DNA of 64,000 bases from a virus (Duplodnaviria > Caudoviricetes): IMG/VR virus record IMGVR_UViG_3300017814_000051, positions 1-64,000 of that record; one strand, 5' to 3'. Position numbers and translations under genes: made by a program. A model generated the notes under the pieces. That model worked only from the letters and a program-made list of their open reading frames with translations. It had not been told where the DNA came from and searched no databases. Positions 56,601 to 64,000 of this stretch are shown piece after piece (within the stretch, counting starts at the first letter, position 1; the number at the start of each line of letters is the position of its first letter).

Positions 56601-59600
56601 ATGGCGAAAAGTAAAAAAAGTAAAAGACCGACCGGACTTTCCATCTCAAGGAACGGGATGGTATTCACGTTCAAGTGGAAGAAAGGCGATACATATAAGG
56701 ACGGGCAGCAGCTTCAGTACAAGATAGGAACCGGAAAGAAGCCGGGATGGAAAGACTTAAGCATAGCAGATACTGCGACCAGCAAGGCAGTATCACTTTC
56801 TGCGGGTAATTATTATCCGGCGTCAGGCAAAAGGACGCTGAGATACATAAGTTTCAGGGTGCGTGGAAATCATGACAAAAAGAAGAATGACAATTTCGGA
56901 TGGAGCGAATGGTCGGATAAAACATTCGATGTCCTTATACCGAAAAGACCGTCATCTGCCGTTTTTGAATTAAGTGAAGACTACAGCAATGTCGGGACAT
57001 TTACATGGGAAGTTGCTGTATCAGATGATGATACGCACATTTTTACAGATACGGAGTATCAGTCACTTATTACTGAGAGCGGTGAAACTGACGGTTCAAG
57101 ACTGTCATGGAACTCATCACAGTCGGGATGGCTTTCAGGGACAGCGGCGGCATCCGGCACAAGAAGCGTTACCGAGGATACTGCTGTGATCGCAGTCGGT
57201 TCACATACCAGATGGATGAGAGTGCGTTCCAGAGGACCGCAGGGCAACAGTGACTGGGTCTATGCGAAGCATACATATTCTGCCCCGCAGACAGCATCGA
57301 TAATATCTGCAGATGCAGCCGTAAACGGTCAGGGCAGCCTTGACATCACAGTGACCTGGACAGCGCCTAGTGACAGCAGGACTCCTATCGATAAGACCAC
57401 AGTGCAGTGGACCATCGTGACTCCGTCTGCCGGGCTATCCTGTCCGGATGATGCAGGCTGGACTGATGCCGATACATCGCGTGATACGAGCGGGACTGAT
57501 ATGGCACGCTTTATGATAGATCAGCTGATTGGTGAGGATAAATGCCTGTTCGTTCGTGTCAATACGTTGCATGATAAGACACTCATATACGGCAAGGCAA
57601 AAATGGTAACAGCAGGAGTGATAAAGGCGCCTTCCATAACAAGTGTGGAGACCGACACTGCAACGAGCAAGGCAGTGGTCACGGCTGCGAATAATTCGGA
57701 GATCCCGGACAGTATCCTTGCGGTATTGTTCAGAGCAGCATCAGATCCTTCGCAGATATACACACTGGGCATTATTGCTCATGGTGAAACAAATGTTACA
57801 GTGCAGTGCCCTGATCTTTCATCTGAAACGGCATATGATTTCGGCATTTATGCGATGCAGGGCACATACGAAACATCAGTTACCGCTGCCGGCATCACCG
57901 TTTACAATACTTCTGCAAATGCAAAAAGCACGGATGTGTGGAAAGGCGGCACCGTACCGCAGGCACCGTCAAATGTGAAAGCAGTCCAGTCGGATACTGC
58001 AAAGACGGTCAGTGTGACATGGGACTGGACATGGGATGAAGCGGACAGCGCTGTCATAAGCTGGTCGGAACATGAAGATGCGTGGGAGTCAACAGATGAA
58101 CCAAGCACATATACGATAAGTCATCTCCATGCAGGTAGGTGGAATATAAGCGGACTCGATACAGGAGTCACGTGGTATGTAAGAGTAAGGCTTACATCAG
58201 GAAGCGGAGAGAACATTATATATGGTCCGTGGAGTGAAGCGGCCAAAGTGGATCTTTCATCAGCACCTGAAACTCCTTCGCTCATACTGTCAGAGAGCGT
58301 CATAACTGAGGATGGAAATGTCACTGCATACTGGGCATATACATCCGGTGACGGTACATCACAGGCATATGCTGAAATTTGTGAAGCTCAGATAAATGCA
58401 GGCGGCATCACATACGGCAAAGTGATAGCGCATACGCTAACGAGCCAGGCAATCACAATAAATGCAAAGGAAGCCGGATGGAGCGCAGGCAATACATACT
58501 ATCTGTGCGTTCGTGTGATATCAGCATCAGGCAGGGCATCAGCAGGCTGGAGTGCTGCAGCGGCAGTTACGGTCGCGCAGCCTTTAATTGCTGTTATCAC
58601 AAAGACCAGCCTGGAAGAGCAGACAGTGCAGGACGATCCGGATGATCCGACCATTACCCATAAGACTTTGGCGCTTACAGTTTTGCCGCTTACTTTGACG
58701 GTGACCGGCGCAGGTGCAGGCGGAACAACCATAGCTGTTATAGAGAGAAGATATGATTATCACATGGAGCGTCCGGACGGGAATGAAGGCGGAGGATTTG
58801 CAGGTGAGACATGCGCCATTTCAGAAGCGAGCGGTGAAGGTGAGATAACGATCAGCGCAGATGATCTTTTGATCCAGCTCGATGACGGAGCGTCATACAC
58901 GCTAATCGTCACGGTAAAAGATTCACTCGGGCAGTCAGCAGCTGCATCGGAGAACTTTGAAGTCCACTGGGCGCATCAGGCAGAAATACCCGGAGGTACG
59001 GCTGTACCGAATAAGGATTCCCTGATCACTGTCATAATGCCTGCTGCACCGGCATCGTATGCTGAAGGTGATGTCTGTGACATTTACAGGCTTTCTGCGG
59101 ACGGACCGGAACTTATCATTTACGGCGGCGCTTACGGAATATCTTATGTCGATCCTTACCCGGCATTCGGAGAAGGGTGCGGTCACCGCATCGTAGACAG
59201 GACCGTCAATGGAGATTACATAACGGCGGATGATCTCGCCGCATGGGTGGATATAGATGAAGAAGCCGGCGATATACTTGATATCAGGAGTACAGTGATC
59301 GATTTTGACGGAGGCCGTGTGGTACTACCATATAACCTAAAACTTGGGAACTCATGGGAGAAGGACTTTGAACGTACAAGGTATCTTGGCGGGAGTATAG
59401 CCGGGGACTGGAATCCAGGAGTATTCAGGAATCTTTCACTTCAGACAGACAGCATCAAAACGAAAGATGAGTCAGTGATACGTGCAATGAGACAGCTTGC
59501 TTCTTTTTCCGGTATATGTCATGTCCGTACACCGGACGGGAGCAGCTTTGCCGCTGATGTCGAAGTAAGTGAGAGCCGTGAATACAATGACCCGGTGATT

Positions 59601-59699
59601 TCTTTCTCGCTTGACATAAAGCAGGTAGAATCAGAGAGCTTTGACGGCATGACGCTTGCACAGTGGAATGCAGTTGTTGCTGCGGAGGGCACATCATGA
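56601..59699 (+). CDS. Large tail/baseplate protein with fibronectin-III-like repeats
   Basis: Repeated P.AP...V.W.W...Y.VRVR...WS beta-rich units; directly after TMP. Confidence 0.7.
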   Translation: MAKSKKSKRPTGLSISRNGMVFTFKWKKGDTYKDGQQLQYKIGTGKKPGWKDLSIADTATSKAVSLSAGNYYPASGKRTLRYISFRVRGNHDKKKNDNFGWSEWSDKTFDVLIPKRPSSAVFELSEDYSNVGTFTWEVAVSDDDTHIFTDTEYQSLITESGETDGSRLSWNSSQSGWLSGTAAASGTRSVTEDTAVIAVGSHTRWMRVRSRGPQGNSDWVYAKHTYSAPQTASIISADAAVNGQGSLDITVTWTAPSDSRTPIDKTTVQWTIVTPSAGLSCPDDAGWTDADTSRDTSGTDMARFMIDQLIGEDKCLFVRVNTLHDKTLIYGKAKMVTAGVIKAPSITSVETDTATSKAVVTAANNSEIPDSILAVLFRAASDPSQIYTLGIIAHGETNVTVQCPDLSSETAYDFGIYAMQGTYETSVTAAGITVYNTSANAKSTDVWKGGTVPQAPSNVKAVQSDTAKTVSVTWDWTWDEADSAVISWSEHEDAWESTDEPSTYTISHLHAGRWNISGLDTGVTWYVRVRLTSGSGENIIYGPWSEAAKVDLSSAPETPSLILSESVITEDGNVTAYWAYTSGDGTSQAYAEICEAQINAGGITYGKVIAHTLTSQAITINAKEAGWSAGNTYYLCVRVISASGRASAGWSAAAAVTVAQPLIAVITKTSLEEQTVQDDPDDPTITHKTLALTVLPLTLTVTGAGAGGTTIAVIERRYDYHMERPDGNEGGGFAGETCAISEASGEGEITISADDLLIQLDDGASYTLIVTVKDSLGQSAAASENFEVHWAHQAEIPGGTAVPNKDSLITVIMPAAPASYAEGDVCDIYRLSADGPELIIYGGAYGISYVDPYPAFGEGCGHRIVDRTVNGDYITADDLAAWVDIDEEAGDILDIRSTVIDFDGGRVVLPYNLKLGNSWEKDFERTRYLGGSIAGDWNPGVFRNLSLQTDSIKTKDESVIRAMRQLASFSGICHVRTPDGSSFAADVEVSESREYNDPVISFSLDIKQVESESFDGMTLAQWNAVVAAEGTS

Positions 59700-60703
59700 T
59701 ATGGAGCAGAGGATTTTCAGCGAGGTTCACAGCATCAGTTGTAGATCCCGTCACGTGGAGAGATATTAAGGATATACGGATAACCGGAGGTAGCATTGAA
59801 CGTAATACTGAAAAAATGATGGAGTCGGCAGATATAAGCATGACAGAACTAATCGGAACCGGTGAAGCCTGGATAAGGATATGGCTCGATGCAAGGCAGG
59901 ATGCAGGAGCATCTGCACATATACCGCTTTTTACAGGGATCACATCGGTCCCCGAAAGAAGTCTTGACGGTACAAGGGAATCATATTCGGCAGAATGCTA
60001 TTCGGTACTTAAGCCAATGGCTGACAGACTGCTGCAGAGAGGATGGTACGCACCAGCGGATGCGGATGGCGCAGCGCTTGCCGCAAGGCTGTTGAGTACA
60101 GGCCCTGCACCAGTCACGTTTGATGCAGGCTCACCGCATCTTGCTGATTCAATAGTGGCAGAAGATGGTGAGAGCGATCTTACTATGGCAGAAAAGATAA
60201 TAACAGCAATCGGCTGGCGTATAAAGATAAGCGGTGACGGCAGGATCCATATATGTGAAAAGGCATCTGAGGTCACTGCCGCATTTGATTCTCTTTCTAA
60301 CGATATCATCGAGATGCATGTGACAGACACATGCGACTGGTATTCATGTCCCAATGTTTTCAGAGCAGTGAGCGGTGATTCTACGGCTGTTGCAAGGGAT
60401 GATGACCCGGAAAGCATCCTGTCCACAATAAAGCGAGGAAGAGAAGTATGGATGGAAGAAACGGACTGCAGTCTTAATCTTGGAGAAACGCTTTCCGCAT
60501 ATGCATTAAGGAGACTAAAAGAGGAGCAGTCCCCATCAAGGACTCTTCATTATGACAGAAGGTATCAGCCTGATGTTTCACCTGGAGATCTTATACGGAT
60601 GCGTTATCCGGGGAACGGTCTGGACGGGACTTTCCGCATCAAAAGTCAGAGCATGGAACTTGGATACGGAGTGAAAACAACGGAAGAGGCGGTGACGGCA
60701 TGA
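59696..60703 (+). CDS. Putative baseplate hub / tail protein
   Basis: ITGGSIER, SADI, DG.IHI, PNV, PDV.PGD patterns; synteny. Confidence 0.6.
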   Translation: MIWSRGFSARFTASVVDPVTWRDIKDIRITGGSIERNTEKMMESADISMTELIGTGEAWIRIWLDARQDAGASAHIPLFTGITSVPERSLDGTRESYSAECYSVLKPMADRLLQRGWYAPADADGAALAARLLSTGPAPVTFDAGSPHLADSIVAEDGESDLTMAEKIITAIGWRIKISGDGRIHICEKASEVTAAFDSLSNDIIEMHVTDTCDWYSCPNVFRAVSGDSTAVARDDDPESILSTIKRGREVWMEETDCSLNLGETLSAYALRRLKEEQSPSRTLHYDRRYQPDVSPGDLIRMRYPGNGLDGTFRIKSQSMELGYGVKTTEEAVTA

Positions 60704-61590
60704 CGGTGAAAAAAGCAAAGATACAGCAGGATATCATTTCGGCAATGGAAGACAGCAGCGCAGGAACCAAAGGCTATGACACAGTAGCAACAGTCAAACG
60801 TGTTGAAGATGATACAGCCTGGGTCCACATCCCGGGAGGGGTGGACGAAACACCGGTGACACTTTCAATAGATGCTAAAGCAGGAGACACCATAAGGATC
60901 AGGGTAGCAGGAGGAAAGGCATGGGTGACGGGCAATGACACCGCGCCTCCTACAGACGATACGACAGCAATAAATGCGAGGATCAATGCGGCAGTGGCTA
61001 AGTTAGCAGCTGAAAATGCTGAGACAGAAGCTGCCGGCGCAAATAAGAAAGCTGATTCAGCAGGGACTGCAGCGGAAAAAGCCGCAGGTGCCGCGATCAC
61101 TGCAGGAAACATGGCATCGTCTGCTTCAGCATCTGCAGCAACTGCATCCCAGGGCGCGGCGAGAGCGGAAAATGCCGCAAACGCAGTGAATGTAAAACTC
61201 ACTGCGCTTATAAGGCAGACAGATGACGGAATAGAAGCAGGAAGGATACCGGATGCCGGGACTCTGCCGGACGGATCTTCCATAACACTTCCTTTGGCGC
61301 TCGTCAACACAGACGGAAGTTTTGATGTGCTTCTTGCGACATACAAAAACAGCGGAGGAACTGTGACTAAAACGTATTCAGTGCGGATAGCATCGTTTGG
61401 GGCGGATGCCGTCATCGGGAGCATCACGGGAGCGCATGCCCACATAGACAGCGACAGCTTCGATATCATAGATGCGTTTGGTAATGTACGTGCAAGCATG
61501 GGCGGCAGCACTCCGATGTTTCAGATAGGAAAGTTCACGTTCATAAACCGTGAAAACGGAAATCTTACACTTAGGCTCAATGAAGGGTGA
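60700..61590 (+). CDS. Putative tail spike/fibre-associated protein
   Basis: N-terminal OB-like ATVKRVE...VHIPGG...GD.IRIRV, Ala-rich coiled coil. Confidence 0.55.
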   Translation: MTVKKAKIQQDIISAMEDSSAGTKGYDTVATVKRVEDDTAWVHIPGGVDETPVTLSIDAKAGDTIRIRVAGGKAWVTGNDTAPPTDDTTAINARINAAVAKLAAENAETEAAGANKKADSAGTAAEKAAGAAITAGNMASSASASAATASQGAARAENAANAVNVKLTALIRQTDDGIEAGRIPDAGTLPDGSSITLPLALVNTDGSFDVLLATYKNSGGTVTKTYSVRIASFGADAVIGSITGAHAHIDSDSFDIIDAFGNVRASMGGSTPMFQIGKFTFINRENGNLTLRLNEG

Positions 61591-61599
61591 TGAATAATA

Positions 61600-63141
61600 A
61601 TGGCTATATACAGTAAGAAAATAAGCATGCCGTATCTGCCACTTATGGCAAGCAGCGCAGGTACGATCTCAAAAGACAGTTATCTGCTTGTGGAAGTGAC
61701 CGGGATAACGGTTAACGACGGATATACGAACGCAAGCATCAAATACAGCCTGTACGCAAAATCTACGACTGCCAGGAGCGTGACTGCTTCCATAAGCACA
61801 ACAAACAGCAGTGTCAGCAAGACGGTAAAAGTGACCACTTCAATGACATGCATCCTGACCGCGACAGAAACAGTTTCAAGTTCGGATATGATAGATGTAT
61901 ACACCGGTGCGACTATTTCATATGAAGTGGCAGGGTCGTATATGCCGACTACCTATGGTGTCAGCAGCATGGCGGATATAATGTCATCGAATTACATACT
62001 GTTCGTTACATTCGGAAAAATGACATCCTATCCCTTTGCAATGAAATACGGGGAAACAGGTACATTCACTTTCAATAAATCATCTTCATATCGACTCGAA
62101 TTCCTTGACGCGTCAGGTGTATCAAGGTACACCGCATCGATAAGCGGTACGAGCGGAAGCGCAGCTGTCCCAGTCAGTGTGTTCTCTACAGTAAAAGCAA
62201 GTCTTAAGACCTGCAAGGTATATGAGATCTACAGCGGGACAGATATCGCGGAGAAGTCGTATAATCTCACAGTGAGTGAAACAGCTTGTTCTTTGTCATT
62301 ATCAGCACTGCGTTCACCTACGGATGCTGATGCTTCGCTTGTGACAGTCTCGGTTTCCGGTGAGTCGGCACTTTCGAGTACATCAAGGACAGTGACCGTT
62401 TATGCGAAGGAAACAAGTTCGGAGGTATGGAATGCTGTAGGAACGATAAACCCTTCAGCATCATCATTCACAGGTGAGACGATGTCGGTCGATCTCGATA
62501 TAAGTTATTCGTGGGATATTTACGGTATATTGAGTGATGGATATACAAGCGCGCAGTCGAATATATTCAGGATATACTCAAAGTCATACATCATGGATGT
62601 GAGGACAGATGGAAAGGGGATAGCCTTCGGCGGTACTGCAGCAACGGAAGATGAAATGTACTGCGGCTTTGGCAGTTTCAGAGCAAACAACGGTTCATTC
62701 GAGGGCAGTCTTTCAGTATCCGGTGACATTAAACCAGGCAGGATAAACGGGATCGCTGATCTAATATACCCTGTCGGTGCCATATATATGTCGGTCAGTT
62801 CCGCATCACCGGCAACTTTGTTCGGCGGAACCTGGGAACAGATACAGGACAGATTCCTATTGTCTGCAGGAAGTTCATACGGGGCAGGATCGTCCGGCGG
62901 CTCTGCGGATGCCGTGGTCGTATATCATAATCATTCGCAAAACCAGCATAGGCATGAGATGCTCGCCAACTGGTCAGACGGTTCCGGGTCATCAAGTGCG
63001 TACACATACCAGACTAACAGAAAGAGTACAGACCGTTACACTTCATATGTGACGGCCACTAACAATCCGACCGGTGTAGACGGTACAGGAAAGAACATGC
63101 CGCCGTACCTGGCTGTGTATGTATGGAAAAGAACAGCATAG
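61600..63141 (+). CDS. Tail fibre / receptor-binding protein
   Basis: GKGIAFG; C-terminal YPVGAIYMS...PATLFGGTWEQI...MPPYLAVYVWKRTA domain. Confidence 0.75.
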   Translation: MAIYSKKISMPYLPLMASSAGTISKDSYLLVEVTGITVNDGYTNASIKYSLYAKSTTARSVTASISTTNSSVSKTVKVTTSMTCILTATETVSSSDMIDVYTGATISYEVAGSYMPTTYGVSSMADIMSSNYILFVTFGKMTSYPFAMKYGETGTFTFNKSSSYRLEFLDASGVSRYTASISGTSGSAAVPVSVFSTVKASLKTCKVYEIYSGTDIAEKSYNLTVSETACSLSLSALRSPTDADASLVTVSVSGESALSSTSRTVTVYAKETSSEVWNAVGTINPSASSFTGETMSVDLDISYSWDIYGILSDGYTSAQSNIFRIYSKSYIMDVRTDGKGIAFGGTAATEDEMYCGFGSFRANNGSFEGSLSVSGDIKPGRINGIADLIYPVGAIYMSVSSASPATLFGGTWEQIQDRFLLSAGSSYGAGSSGGSADAVVVYHNHSQNQHRHEMLANWSDGSGSSSAYTYQTNRKSTDRYTSYVTATNNPTGVDGTGKNMPPYLAVYVWKRTA

Positions 63142-63196
63142 ATCGTTATAGGTGGCTGCCGCAAGGCAGTTATTTTTATGGAAGGAGAACAATAAA

Positions 63197-63622
63197 ATGA
63201 AAGAGTTCTGGGCAATCAGCCAGGCTATATTTACCGGCCTTGGCGGATGGATAGGGTATTATCTGGGAGGATGTGACGGTTTGCTTTACGCACTTATAGC
63301 TTTTGTCGTTATCGACTACATAACAGGTGTGATGTGCGCCGTAGCTGATCATAAGCTTTCGAGCAATGTCGGTTTCAAAGGGATATGCAGGAAGGTCCTT
63401 ATCTTTCTGCTTGTCGGCATAGCAAATATCATCGATACGAAGGTACTGGGACAGCCGGGTGTGCTGCGCACAGCAGTGATTTTTTTCTACATCAGTAATG
63501 AAGGCATAAGTCTTCTTGAGAATGCAGGACATCTCGGACTGCCGATACCGGGGCAGCTTAAGGCAGTGCTTGAACAGCTGCATCACAGGGCAGAGAAGGA
63601 GGGAACGGATGAAGATAAATAA
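63197..63622 (+). CDS. Phage holin (holin_4_1 family)
   Basis: DYITGV, LSS.VGFKGI.RK, NEGISLLENA..LGLPIP. Confidence 0.93.
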   Translation: MKEFWAISQAIFTGLGGWIGYYLGGCDGLLYALIAFVVIDYITGVMCAVADHKLSSNVGFKGICRKVLIFLLVGIANIIDTKVLGQPGVLRTAVIFFYISNEGISLLENAGHLGLPIPGQLKAVLEQLHHRAEKEGTDEDK

Positions 63623-64000
63623 GAAGATAAGCAGGTACAACCAGTCGAGCAGAAACGGCGCGTCCATAAGATATATAGTGATCCATTATGTAGGTGCGAT
63701 CAGTTCCGCGAAAAACAACTGCATCTATTTCTGCGGAGGAGACAGGGAGGCGTCAGCACATTTCTTTGTAGACAGTGAGATCTGGCAGTGCATACCGGAA
63801 TCCAAAGCGGCATGGCACTGTGGCGGAGGTCTTCAGGATACAGGGAATGCAATGAACGGCGGAAACCGCGGAGCAACGCTTCATGGGATCTGTACAAACA
63901 GCAACTCGATAGGCATAGAACTATGCTGCTACAGACATAACGGCATCATCACACCTACTCCTGAATCCATAAAGACCGCAGCCCCGCTCGTAAAGCATCT
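63609..64000 (+). CDS. Endolysin, N-acetylmuramoyl-L-alanine amidase (partial, runs off window)
   Basis: Manual translation: MKINKK...YIVIHYVG...ASAHFFVD...AWHCGG...NSNSIGIELC. Confidence 0.9.
   Translation, partial: MKINKKISRYNQSSRNGASIRYIVIHYVGAISSAKNNCIYFCGGDREASAHFFVDSEIWQCIPESKAAWHCGGGLQDTGNAMNGGNRGATLHGICTNSNSIGIELCCYRHNGIITPTPESIKTAAPLVKH

Larger units (their letters stand above)
13279..64000 (+). mobile_element. Prophage 2 (siphovirus-type, rlmD-integrating class, probably defective; continues off the right edge)
   Basis: att junction, defence cargo, DNA polymerase and primase, terS, portal, Clp protease, capsid, tail, holin, amidase; no terL. Confidence 0.88.

Noticed and set aside
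61600-63141. Diversity-generating retroelement target in the tail fibre
   Set aside because: No reverse transcriptase or template repeat seen in the window

Overview
Entirely accessory DNA from a low-GC Gram-positive (Clostridia-like) genome. It is a nest of related prophage-type elements of the class that integrates at the 3' end of rlmD/rumA. (1) 1-9787: regulatory and cargo end of prophage-like element 1. A leftward sigma-like gene and early replication genes diverge from an ABC-three-component (Lamassu-like) operon, followed by an XRE HTH gene and a phase-variable type I RM locus (hsdM, hsdS, tyrosine recombinase, second hsdS). (2) 9788-12259: an IS21-family element with no target duplication. 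It fuses the broken hsdS to the tail of a heavy-metal cassette (lspA remnant, Csac_0668-like gene); no hsdR remains in the window. (3) About 13160-13520: an rlmD-derived att junction with tandem half-site copies and 30-bp repeats. (4) 13279 to beyond 64000: prophage 2. It repeats the same sigma / ABC-3C / HTH layout, then carries a four-gene DISARM-related (ARMADA type II-like) defence operon, replication genes, and HK97-like head, siphovirus tail and lysis genes, but no terminase large subunit. The most intriguing signal is the twice-repeated module in which a Lamassu-like trio sits in the position of the prophage repressor. Its effector has no recognisable toxic domain and it faces a sigma-like gene with a switch-like structured 5' leader. 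This suggests a Lamassu-type DNA sensor repurposed as a genetic switch, which is inference and untested. All product calls come from motif recognition by eye; no database searches were run.
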